This document shows, piece after piece, positions 38,114 through 47,591 of a stretch of 64,000 bases of DNA. The notes beneath the pieces are model-generated. The model made no database searches. It was not told the DNA's origin and worked only from the letters and a program-made list of their open reading frames with translations. Every line of letters starts with the position of its first letter. Positions within the stretch are counted from its first letter, which is position 1. The position numbers were made by a program, and so were the translations under genes. Origin of the DNA: a candidate division WOR-3 bacterium (GTDB taxonomy: Bacteria; Hydrothermota; Tepidihabitantia; SM23-42; CAYGYG01). The DNA lies in the NCBI GenBank assembly GCA_965648915.1, contig CBFGIV010000001.1, positions 1 through 64,000 on the forward strand. The letters run 5' to 3'.

Positions 38114-41100
38114 ATGCAGAAGACTGAAGAGCGGCGTCTGGTCACCATCCTCTTTGCTGACCTTTCAGGGTTTACAAGACTTTCGCATAGCCTTGACCCT
38201 GAGGATGTCCAGGAAGTCGCTAATGCCTGCTTTGAATATCTGAATCCACCAATCATAAAACAGGGAGGGATGATCCATAAATATGAAGGCGATCTGGTCA
38301 TTGCCCTGTTTGGTATCCCGGTAAGCCATGAAGATGACCCAGAAAGGGCGATAAAGGCAGGTCTGGAGATGCTGACTCTTATCCCGGAAATAAACAACGC
38401 ACTCACAGAGAAGTTGAAGACGAAGACTGACCTAGGTTTACATATTGGGATAAATAGCGGGACTGTGGTTATTGGTGAGGTTGGTTCTATTGAGAAGAAA
38501 GAATGGACCGTGATGGGTGATGTGGTCAATCTGGCATCAAGGTTAAAGGATATAGCAAAGAGGGGTGAGATCATAGTCTCGGAACCGGTCTGTCGGTCAT
38601 CAAGATATCTATTTGATTATGAAGCATTGCCACCGGTAAATCTTAAAGGGATTGAAGAGCCGGTTAAAATTTTTAAGCCATTAAAGATAAAAGAAAAGCC
38701 CGAGCCCAAACGGGGTATAGCCGGTCTTTACTCACCGCTCGTTGGCCGGGATCGAGAGCTTGGTCTGTTCAAAGAGAGGATATTTGATTTACAGAAAGGT
38801 AAATCTGGTGCGGTCTTTATCATCGGTGATGCGGGTCTGGGTAAATCTCGCCTTTATGAGGAACTTAAAAAATCAGTTACCCCCTCCCTTTATCCCTCCC
38901 CACCTGTGGGGGAGGAAAAGGTGGGGGGTATTACTGTTCTTGAAGCTCGGTGTTTATCATACGGTGAGATGATACCTAACTGGCCATTTTTACAGTTCTT
39001 GGAACAGATTTTCGGGATTACCGATTCTGATTCACCAGAGGCGATTCAGAAGAAACTTATAAAAAAGGCACAGCAACTCTTTTTAAATGAAGGGGCTGAA
39101 ATCTGGAAAGAGATTGTACCCTATATCGGTTATCTATTCTCAGTTCGCTTTCCTGATGAACTTGATGAAAAGATAAAATATCTTGACCCACAGGCATTGA
39201 GGATTCAAATCTCGGTGAGTGTGAGAAAATTGCTATTAACATTAGCAAGACAGGGTCCGATTATTTTGGTGATTGAAGATTATCACTGGATTGATTCTGC
39301 ATCATTAGAACTCTTAGAATTTATCTTTAATGCCTTTAGTCCTCCTTTAGAGAAGGGGGGTAATCTATTATTCATCGGTCTTTCCCGTATTGAAAAGGAG
39401 AAAGAGTGCTGGAGAACAAAGGAGCGGATGAAGGAGAAATTGGGTGAGGATTTCCTGGAGATTACCCTGAATCCCCTTGATGATGAGTCAAGTGCCCAGC
39501 TCGCCCACAATCTCTTGAAGATTCCGGGTATTCCTGAGGAATTCAGGGATAGAATTGTAACCAGGGCCGGGGGCAATCCCTTCTATCTTGAAGAGATAAT
39601 TCGCAGTTTTATAGATTCGGGTATTCTATTTTTTGGAAAAGGTATGTGGAAACTCTCAACTCCTGACTCTCAACTCTCAACTGTTTTGATTCCTGATACT
39701 GTCCAGGCAGTCATTGCCTCACGCCTGGACCATTTAGAAAGTGATGTGCGAGACCTCCTACAGATGGCATCAGTGATTGGCAGGAATTTTTATGAGCGGG
39801 TATTGGCGTATCTCAGCGGACTTGATAGTTTAATGCTTTCGCTCCATCTGGCGGTCCTTGAGGATCTTGAGTTTATCAGAGTACATAGAAGGGAGCCAGA
39901 ACTTGAGTATATCTTTCGCCATCCCCTTTTGCAGGAGGTTTGTTATAATGCTCTATTAAAGAGGCGACGTCGGCAACTACATCAAAAGATTGGTTCAATC
40001 ATAGAAGAAATTTTTAAGGAACGGGTCGATGAGTTTACTGAGTTATTAGCCTATCAATATAGCAATAGTGATGATACAGATAAGGCAGTATTCTGGTTAA
40101 GGAAGGCGGGTGAGAAGGCAAAAGCGAGTTATGCCAATGATGAAGCACTGAGGTATTTTGAGCGGCTTATTGAGATCTGTCGTGCGGCGGGAGCAAGTTA
40201 TGGATTGGTCTTAAGGGAGTCATACGAGACATTAGGTGATACTTATAATTTAAAGGGTATGTATAATAAGGCGACAGAGAGTTATAAAATGATGGCACAG
40301 GAAGGCGATAGGATAGTTGGTGCAAAGTCATTGCACAAGGTTGCAGATGTTTATAAAAATCAGGGTGATTATGAGGGTTCATTAAGGTCCCTTTTTGAAG
40401 CAGAAAAATTGGTCAGTGGTGATTCGATAGAAGAAAAGATGGAGCGGGCAGAGGTCTTAGTCCTTCGCTGCTGGATATACCGCATTAAAGGTGAGATGGA
40501 AAGGGCAACGATAGAAGGATACGAGTGTTTAAAGATACTTGATGAAATATCTACTCTTGCTTCCGCAGGTCAAAAAATTCAGTGCAAGAAGATAGCGGCA
40601 CGGACATTCAACAATCTGGGCGTAATCTTCTGGAACAAGGGTGATTATGATAAGGCAATTGAACTATTTCAAAAGTATTTAAAGATCTCTGAGGAGATTG
40701 GTTATAAGCAAGGCATTGGTATAGCGAGTGGTAATTTAGGGATGGTCTATTATTATAAGGGTGAATATGATAGGGCAACCGAACTATTTCAAAAGTATTT
40801 AAAGATCTCTGAGGAGACTGGTGATAAGCAAGGCATTGGTATAGCGAGTGGTAATTTAGGGGGTGTATTTCTGGAGATTGGTGATTTTAGAAGGGCAAAA
40901 GAGTATTTAGCAAATGCTGAAGAAGTTTTGAAGGAAATCGGTGATAAGTTTTATTTGATAGAAATATTTACAAAGATTGCCGACCTGCAGATGCAGCTGA
41001 GGGGAAAGGGCTGGCAGAAGATTTCAAATGAATATCTTACTATGGCATTTAATCTCGCCGAGGAGATAGGCTCAAAAGAAGGAAAGGCAACGACAATGCT

Positions 41101-41422
41101 CATCAAGGCGCGGGTAGAAACGAGTTTTGGAGTTGATGAGTTGGGGAGTTCAGGTGTTAAAGAGAGGGAAATAGAGGAGAAATTTAAGTCTGCAATAAAA
41201 ATGTTTGAAGAATTAAGACAGCCATTTAATATTGCCAAGGCATACTTTTATTATGGTGAATTCTGTAAAAGTTGTAGCGTCCAGTTTCAACTGGACGAAC
41301 AAGATATCGTCCGTCTGAAGACGGACGGTACAAAATATCTACAGAAGGCGAAGGAGATTTTTGAAAAGCTCGGTATCAAAGTTTGGCTTGAGAAGATAAA
41401 ACGGATTGAGGATGCAATGTAA
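38114..41422 (+). CDS. Class III adenylate/guanylate cyclase - P-loop ATPase - TPR protein
   Basis: FADLSGF, HKYEGD, GDVVNLASRL; GDAGLGKSRL Walker A, EDYHWID, GGNPFYLEE; C-terminal TPRs. Confidence 0.92.
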   Translation: MQKTEERRLVTILFADLSGFTRLSHSLDPEDVQEVANACFEYLNPPIIKQGGMIHKYEGDLVIALFGIPVSHEDDPERAIKAGLEMLTLIPEINNALTEKLKTKTDLGLHIGINSGTVVIGEVGSIEKKEWTVMGDVVNLASRLKDIAKRGEIIVSEPVCRSSRYLFDYEALPPVNLKGIEEPVKIFKPLKIKEKPEPKRGIAGLYSPLVGRDRELGLFKERIFDLQKGKSGAVFIIGDAGLGKSRLYEELKKSVTPSLYPSPPVGEEKVGGITVLEARCLSYGEMIPNWPFLQFLEQIFGITDSDSPEAIQKKLIKKAQQLFLNEGAEIWKEIVPYIGYLFSVRFPDELDEKIKYLDPQALRIQISVSVRKLLLTLARQGPIILVIEDYHWIDSASLELLEFIFNAFSPPLEKGGNLLFIGLSRIEKEKECWRTKERMKEKLGEDFLEITLNPLDDESSAQLAHNLLKIPGIPEEFRDRIVTRAGGNPFYLEEIIRSFIDSGILFFGKGMWKLSTPDSQLSTVLIPDTVQAVIASRLDHLESDVRDLLQMASVIGRNFYERVLAYLSGLDSLMLSLHLAVLEDLEFIRVHRREPELEYIFRHPLLQEVCYNALLKRRRRQLHQKIGSIIEEIFKERVDEFTELLAYQYSNSDDTDKAVFWLRKAGEKAKASYANDEALRYFERLIEICRAAGASYGLVLRESYETLGDTYNLKGMYNKATESYKMMAQEGDRIVGAKSLHKVADVYKNQGDYEGSLRSLFEAEKLVSGDSIEEKMERAEVLVLRCWIYRIKGEMERATIEGYECLKILDEISTLASAGQKIQCKKIAARTFNNLGVIFWNKGDYDKAIELFQKYLKISEEIGYKQGIGIASGNLGMVYYYKGEYDRATELFQKYLKISEETGDKQGIGIASGNLGGVFLEIGDFRRAKEYLANAEEVLKEIGDKFYLIEIFTKIADLQMQLRGKGWQKISNEYLTMAFNLAEEIGSKEGKATTMLIKARVETSFGVDELGSSGVKEREIEEKFKSAIKMFEELRQPFNIAKAYFYYGEFCKSCSVQFQLDEQDIVRLKTDGTKYLQKAKEIFEKLGIKVWLEKIKRIEDAM
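40637..40861 (+). repeat. Near-identical intragenic TPR duplication, 120-bp period
   Basis: 40637-40741 vs 40757-40861: 6 mismatches in 105 bp by hand alignment. Confidence 0.9.
41272..41333. repeat. REPIN-like doublet of palindromes inside the CDS
   Basis: TTGTAG-CGTCCAGTT-TC-AACTGGACG and CGTCCGTCT-GA-AGACGGACG-GTACAA, in inverted arrangement. Confidence 0.75.
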
Positions 41423-41526
41423 CCTCCAACAGGGTTTTTTCAATAGTTATTAAAAACAGAGGGTTAAAAAATTTGTTCGTTTAAAAACGCTACAAATCAG
41501 ATCCAGGACTGCTTAGCCCATCGGAC

Positions 41527-42209
41527 ACATGGTATTCACTTAATTCCCCTTTTGTCGACCTGCAGTATACAAAAGGCATAAGTTTCGCATACTCAGCCAA
41601 AAATCTATCCCGAGCCGATAACATCCATTGCACATCAATATCATTATCATCAAGCACTAATGGAGGAAAATTTATAAAATTGGGGTTATCAATACCACAG
41701 GACATTTGAACCATCTGCCAGGGCGCCTTCTTAAAAGTCATATTGGGATGCTCAAGATTAGACCATTCGGTAAAACCACGGTCTTTCTGCGTATACACCA
41801 TACAAATAAATTCCGCACCATTGTTGGTCTGGATAATAACCTTACTGGTATCCACACCAAAAAACTCTAAGTGGCCCAATAAAAGCCAGATAAAGCGCAT
41901 AGAGTTAGTCAGGGAAAACTCCTTAGCATAAGCAAAGAAAGTATCTTTATCCGTTCCTGTCCCAACCAGACGTGATCTTCTCCCCACCTGAGATTATGCG
42001 GGGAAACTCCCGCAAAGCCACAATCTCTGCCTCAAGCTGGGGAGAAATTGCCTTAGGAGTCCGATGCGGGCGTCGGAAGCGGTCCTTTAGACCATCTTTA
42101 CCTTTACTCTGGAAGCGGCGAATAATTAAAAATTTTTTTCCAAGCATTTATATATATTAATAAATTTTTTATTTTTTCCCAGAATATTCTTTTGGGGTGG
42201 ATACCATGT
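41527..42209 (-). mobile_element. Internally deleted IS481-like transposase remnant
   Basis: Fragments RRFQSKGKDGLKDRFRRPHRTP (HTH region) and IIQTNNGAEF (degenerate QTDNGxEF). Bracketed by ACATGGTATTCAC (41527-41539) and GTGGATACCATGT (42197-42209), a 12/13 inverted match. Confidence 0.7.
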
Positions 42210-42259
42210 CTTGAAACTCTGCACTGCATTATTGGCAATTGAATGAAACAGGTTCTAAC

Positions 42260-43370
42260 TTATTTGTTAGTTGAAATTTTTTTACTGGAACTTTCGTGCA
42301 GGAGATAGGCCTCGATGAATTCGTCCAGTTCACCATCCATAACTGCATCGATATTACTCGTCTCGACATTGGTTCGATGGTCCTTTACCATTTTATAGGG
42401 ATGGAATACATAGGAGCGAATCTGATGCCCCCAGGCAATTTCGGTCTTTTTCTCCTCAAGGGCCCGGGTCTTCTCTTCTTCTTTCTCTTTATAATATTGA
42501 TATAGTCGTGCATAGAGAATTTTCATCGCATAGGTTTTGTTTATTGCCTGAGAACGTTCGTTCTGACACTGTGCCATTATGCCGGTCGGGATGTGGATAA
42601 TACGCACGGCACTTGCAACCTTATTTACATTCTGACCTCCGTGTCCGGATGCGCGGAAGGTCTCAATCTTCAAATCCTCAGGGTTGATCTTGATCTCAAT
42701 CTCCTCCATCTCCGGATAGATGAAGACTGAAGCAAACGAAGTGTGACGACGGTTGTTGGCATCGAAAGGGGAGAGTCGAACCAGACGATGGATACCGGTT
42801 TCGGCTTTGAGGTAGCCATAGGCATACTGACCACTTACCTCGATGGTGGCATCCTTGATCCCGGCCTCTTCAGCAGGCTGGAGATCAAGAATACGATATT
42901 TGAAATTATGCTTCTCAATCCACTTCAGGTACATCCGCATCAGCATCGATGCCCAGTCGCAGGATTCGACGCCGCCTGCACCAGGATGAATGGTTAGAAT
43001 ACAGTCCTTTTGGTCCTCAGGCGATTGGAGCATATATTCGAGTTCGAAGGCTTTGATTTTCTTATAAAGGGTACTGACACCTTCTTCAATTTCACGAATC
43101 GATGATGAGTCAAGTTCAGGGAGGTTTATCAGTTCCTGGTAGTCGTGTGCTTCTCTATTTAAATCTTCCCAGTTCTTGAGCCAGTTCTTTTCGTAATTTA
43201 ATTCGGCGATGATCTTTTGGGCCTGACCGGGATTGTCCCAGAAGTTCTTTTCTGCTAATTTAGTTTCAAATTCTTTAACTCTTTTCTGACGTTTATCAAT
43301 GTCAAAGAAACTCCTTAAGCCGGGTAAGGCGATTTATAATCTCTTCAATCCTGGTTGCTAATGAGGTCAT
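42260..43370 (-). CDS. prfB: Peptide chain release factor 2 with programmed +1 frameshift (about 369 aa)
   Basis: ATG 43370 MTSLATRIEEIINRLTRLKEFL, then CTT TGA C (43307-43301) with internal SD AAGGAG. The +1 frame is open into SPF and GGQ motifs. Confidence 0.97.
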
Positions 43371-43375
43371 CTTCT

Positions 43376-43594
43376 TTACGCCGTTTTGGTGCCTTTGCCT
43401 TTTCCAAATTTACGGCGATATTTTTCAACCCGGCCGGCGGAATCGACAATCTTCTGTTTACCGGTAAAGAAAGGATGGCATTTGGAACAGATTTCGACCG
43501 ATATTTTTGGTCGGGTAGAACGGGTTGTAACTGTATTACCGCAGGCACAGGTTATGACACATTCCACATATTGGGGGTGAATCTTCTTCTTCAT
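43376..43594 (-). CDS. rpmE: 50S ribosomal protein L31 (Zn-binding type)
   Basis: [23 protein letters not shown]. Confidence 0.97.
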   Translation of the reverse strand: MKKKIHPQYVECVITCACGNTVTTRSTRPKISVEICSKCHPFFTGKQKIVDSAGRVEKYRRKFGKGKGTKTA

Positions 43595-43607
43595 TTTTCT
43601 CCTTATT

Positions 43608-44873
43608 TTAACCGCTACTCATTGAAGCAAGAAATTCTTTATTGGTCTTGGTCTTATACATCTTATCAATGAGAAATTCCATCATCTCGATTGGATTCAT
43701 TTCGGCCAGGACCTTGCGTAAGATCCAGAGCCGTTTCAGTTCGTGTTCCGAAAGTAAGAGTTCTTCTTTCCTCGTACCCGATTTATGAAGGTCCAGGGCG
43801 GGGAAGATCCTCCGGTCGGCAAGACGGCGATCCAGGACCAGTTCCATATTACCCGTCCCCTTAAATTCTTCAAAAATAACCTCATCCATCCGGCTGCCGG
43901 TTTCAATCAGAGCACTGGCGATTATGGTCAGACTGCCGCCCTCTTCGATATTCCTTGCTGAGCCAAAGAATTTTTTCGGCTTCTGTAAGGCGGTTGAATC
44001 GAGACCACCGGACATAGTCTTTCCTGAATGGGGGACGACCGCATTATGGGCCCGGGCGAGTCGGGTAAGACTATCGAGCAGAATAACAACATCTTTCCTG
44101 GTTTCGACTAACCGCTTTGCCCTTTCGAGAACAATATCCGCCACCTGAACATGGCGCTCCGGGGTCTCATCAAATGTAGAACTGATGACCTCGGCCTTGA
44201 CCGAGCGCTCCATATCAGTAACTTCTTCAGGCCGTTCATCGATTAAGAGGACAATCAGGGAGATCTCAGGGTGGTTGGTGGTAATGCTATTGGCAATCTT
44301 CTGAAGGATTACTGTCTTCCCGGCACGCGGGGGCGAGACAATCAAACCACGCTGACCTTTGCCGATCGGTGTAAAGAGGTCGATTATCCGCTGGGACATA
44401 TCATTATTACCTTCAATCTCAATATTTATCCGCTGGTTTGGATAGAGTGGTGTTAGATTGTCAAAGAGGACCCTTTCCTTGAAGTCATCGAGGTTGATAC
44501 CGTTGACCTTTTCAATTTTGATCATCGCAAAGAAACGCTCATTATCCTTGGGCGGTCGGGCCAGGCCATAGATCTGATCGCCGGTCTTAAGATTGAACTT
44601 CTTGATCTGGGACTGGGAGAGGTAGACATCGTCCGGACTCTGGAGATAGTTATAGTTAGACGATCGGAGAAAACCATAGCCTTCGCTGTGGATCTCGAGG
44701 ACACCATCAACCGGCACCAGTTCTGCCTTTTTTGTCTCGGCCTCAATAATGGCGTGGATGAGGTCCTGTTTCTTCATATCGGTGTAACCGTGCAGATCGA
44801 CTTCTTTTGCAATGTCGTAGAGTTCGGATACTTTCTTCTTTTTTAGTTCAGTGATATCCATATTTTTTAACAT
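43608..44873 (-). CDS. rho: Transcription termination factor Rho
   Basis: [44 protein letters not shown]. Confidence 0.98.
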   Translation of the reverse strand: MLKNMDITELKKKKVSELYDIAKEVDLHGYTDMKKQDLIHAIIEAETKKAELVPVDGVLEIHSEGYGFLRSSNYNYLQSPDDVYLSQSQIKKFNLKTGDQIYGLARPPKDNERFFAMIKIEKVNGINLDDFKERVLFDNLTPLYPNQRINIEIEGNNDMSQRIIDLFTPIGKGQRGLIVSPPRAGKTVILQKIANSITTNHPEISLIVLLIDERPEEVTDMERSVKAEVISSTFDETPERHVQVADIVLERAKRLVETRKDVVILLDSLTRLARAHNAVVPHSGKTMSGGLDSTALQKPKKFFGSARNIEEGGSLTIIASALIETGSRMDEVIFEEFKGTGNMELVLDRRLADRRIFPALDLHKSGTRKEELLLSEHELKRLWILRKVLAEMNPIEMMEFLIDKMYKTKTNKEFLASMSSG

Positions 44874-44986
44874 CTTTTACCTCCTGATACCAAAGAGGTT
44901 TTTTCCCCTTATAAATCACTCCGGGAACTGAAGGAATTTAAGTTATCAATCAGGGGAACCAGTTAGTTGTTTTTTTAAGTATGTCA

Positions 44987-45014
44987 ATTTTATCCAGATT
45001 TAAAAATTTGTCAA
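44987..45014 (-). promoter_or_regulatory. Sigma70-type promoter of rho-rpmE-prfB
   Basis: TTGACA-16 bp-TAAAAT on the minus strand. Confidence 0.7.
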
Positions 45015-45029
45015 TAAAAAATTTTTACA

Positions 45030-45554
45030 TCAATACTCAATGCCTTTTCTCGGTTTCAGCCCCTTCTGAAAATAGTGTTTGACTTCGAGAATCTCTGAAA
45101 CCAGATCGGCAACATCAAGCAACTCGGCTGGGGCATATCTCCCGGTGAGAATCAATTCAACCCCCTTCGGTTTTTGCTTGATCAGATTCAAGACTTCAGA
45201 GAGTTTTATTAAACCGTAGTCGATAGCGACATTTATCTCATCGAGAATGATAATGTCATATTTACCACTAATTATGACTTCGCTGGCCCGCTGAAACCCC
45301 TTCTGGGCAAGAGCAAGATCTTTTGCTGAAGGCCGGTCGCGATCGACAAAGGTTGGTAGCCCATACTGCTCGATCTTAAAATTCTTAAGTTTCCGGACTG
45401 CTTTTAATTCGCCATAGTCTATCTTGCCTTTCATAAATTGAATCATAATTACCTTCAGTCCATGGCCAATGGCCCGGAGCCCCTGCCCGAGGGCAGCGGT
45501 AGTTTTGCCTTTCCCATTTCCAGTATAGATTTGAACCAGCCCTTTTTTCATCAT
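45030..45554 (-). CDS. cobO: Cob(I)alamin adenosyltransferase, CobA/CobO/BtuR family
   Basis: YTGNGKGKTTAALG, IQFMKG, ILDEIN, LTGRYAP, KGIEY. Confidence 0.92.
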   Translation of the reverse strand: MMKKGLVQIYTGNGKGKTTAALGQGLRAIGHGLKVIMIQFMKGKIDYGELKAVRKLKNFKIEQYGLPTFVDRDRPSAKDLALAQKGFQRASEVIISGKYDIIILDEINVAIDYGLIKLSEVLNLIKQKPKGVELILTGRYAPAELLDVADLVSEILEVKHYFQKGLKPRKGIEY

Positions 45555-46282
45555 TATTCTAAGAATTTAACATCCCCCGCCACAATCTTCTGTTCTTTGC
45601 CGGATTTCTCTTTAAGAATTAAAGAACCGTCCTGATCGACATCGATTGCCCTGCCCTGATATTGCTGGCCTACGGTCTCCACAACAACATCCCGGCCCAG
45701 GATATTCGAATTATGCTTCCAGGCGAGTAAGAGTTCTTCGATCTGTCCATTTTCAAATTTGGCATAGACGGTCTGGAATTCTTTCAGGATTGTGTTGACC
45801 AGACCATCCTTATCAATTTCAGACTTCAATTCGTGGAGGACAGAAGTTGCAGTATGTTGTAGTTCTGGCGGGAAGGTCTGAGGATCGATATTCAAATTTA
45901 ATCCAATTCCGATGATGACCGAGCCGGATGTTGGTTCCCACTCAGTAAGGATGCCACCAAGTTTTTTATTGTTCGCAATAATATCATTGGGCCATTTCAG
46001 TGAGACCTGCAAGCCCAGGCTCTTTAATGCCTGAATAACTGCTACGCCTGTAAAGAGAGTGAGGAGTTGGGCATAAGGGCTTTCTCGAATCGATTTCAGG
46101 ATAATCGACATCCAGATCCCGCCCCGTGGTGAATACCAGTAACGATTGAGACGCCCCTTGCCTTGAGTCTGGGTTTCAGCGATGATGATGGTCCCATCCT
46201 CAGATCTATCAGCAATCCTTTTCGCATATTCATTGGTTGAATCGACTTCATCGAGACGAATCACATTCTCTGACCAATTCAT
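45554..46282 (-). CDS. birA: Biotin-protein ligase without N-terminal HTH
   Basis: DSTN, QTQGKGRLNRYW, KWPND, KLGGIL. Confidence 0.95.
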   Translation of the reverse strand: MNWSENVIRLDEVDSTNEYAKRIADRSEDGTIIIAETQTQGKGRLNRYWYSPRGGIWMSIILKSIRESPYAQLLTLFTGVAVIQALKSLGLQVSLKWPNDIIANNKKLGGILTEWEPTSGSVIIGIGLNLNIDPQTFPPELQHTATSVLHELKSEIDKDGLVNTILKEFQTVYAKFENGQIEELLLAWKHNSNILGRDVVVETVGQQYQGRAIDVDQDGSLILKEKSGKEQKIVAGDVKFLE

Positions 46283-46317
46283 ATCAGTCTTTATCCTGGG
46301 CTAATCGGTCATTCCAT

Positions 46318-47568
46318 TTACGATATTTTTTTTAAAATCATTACCACCACCGTCTTATCATTGCCACCCATACTTGAGAGCATACCATAAGGGCGATCAG
46401 GATCGATCTTGACCTGGCAGTCGCCTGCTTTACCGGTCAGTTGATGGAGAATATCGACTGCCTGGCGAACACCGGTGGCGCCGACTGGATGGCCATAACC
46501 GATGAGGCCGCCGGTTGTATTGGTTGGTATGATGCCGTTAGACTTTGTCTTACCTTCTTTAACAAAATCGGCACCTTCACCATATTCAGCAAGGCCCGCT
46601 GCTTCGATTGCCATAAGCCCGGCAATTGTGAAACAGTCGTGGACCTCAAGGACACTTAAATCTTTCGGTCTGATCTGTGCCCTTTCATAGGCACGCTGAG
46701 CTGCGATTGCACAGGTTTTGAGCCGGGTCAGGTCGGGCGGCGGCGTGGTGATGTTATCCTGGACCTGGGCATAGGCAACAACTTCCACGGCATCCCTGTA
46801 TTCGATACCAATCTTCTTTAATCCTTCTTCCGTGGCAAAGATTATTGCCGACCCGCCATCCGAGACCTTTGAGCAGTCATAGGGATTGATAAATTCACAA
46901 AAGTTTTTTGGATCGGGCCTGGTCAGAGCAGTGGTAAAGAGGTCGGGATTGGTATTGTGATATTCCTGGGCCTTGGGGTTGCGACGGGCGTTCTCGATTG
47001 CATTTACATACCACTGTGCCATACCCGCCCGGACTCGCTCCTCGCCAAATTTCTGGATATAGGCCCCGGCCCTTTTGGAGAACTGATCCGGGAAGAAGTA
47101 GGCATGCCCCTGCTTCCTTTCACCTGCATACCAGCCAGCAGCGGCAAGGTAATCAGCACCATAGACTGCCTTGACCGTATTCTGCACTTCAACGCCGATG
47201 CAGAGGACAACATCAGCAAGATCGGACAGGAGGGTCTTGATGGCGGTGACCAGTGCCAGCCCCCCTGAATCGCAGGCACCTTCTACCCGGATACAGGGCT
47301 TGTATTGAAAAGTTTCGTGGACCATAGGGAAGAATCCACTGAGATTCCCCTGGCGACAGAACCGTTCAGCAACGAAATTACCGATGACCCCTTCGTCAAT
47401 TGCCTCGGGATTTTTGATCTGATTGATGGCACCGAGGCCGGCCTCTTTGATATAATGTTCGATTCCGGGTTTCGGGGCCTTGGGATTGAACTCCTTCCGG
47501 CCTGAGCCGAAGGCAATTGTATTGAAACCTGCGGTAGCATATATTTTCTTTCTAAAAAACATACTCAC
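46318..47568 (-). CDS. Thiolase (SCP2-type 3-ketoacyl-CoA thiolase)
   Basis: [23 protein letters not shown]. Confidence 0.85.
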   Translation of the reverse strand: MSMFFRKKIYATAGFNTIAFGSGRKEFNPKAPKPGIEHYIKEAGLGAINQIKNPEAIDEGVIGNFVAERFCRQGNLSGFFPMVHETFQYKPCIRVEGACDSGGLALVTAIKTLLSDLADVVLCIGVEVQNTVKAVYGADYLAAAGWYAGERKQGHAYFFPDQFSKRAGAYIQKFGEERVRAGMAQWYVNAIENARRNPKAQEYHNTNPDLFTTALTRPDPKNFCEFINPYDCSKVSDGGSAIIFATEEGLKKIGIEYRDAVEVVAYAQVQDNITTPPPDLTRLKTCAIAAQRAYERAQIRPKDLSVLEVHDCFTIAGLMAIEAAGLAEYGEGADFVKEGKTKSNGIIPTNTTGGLIGYGHPVGATGVRQAVDILHQLTGKAGDCQVKIDPDRPYGMLSSMGGNDKTVVVMILKKIS

Positions 47569-47591
47569 TCCTTTGTCGGCTGAAATTTATT

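Noticed and set aside
40637..40861. Repeat pair as DGR template and variable regions
   Set aside because: Both copies are in frame in one TPR array, the differences are not confined to adenines of one copy, and no reverse transcriptase is present.
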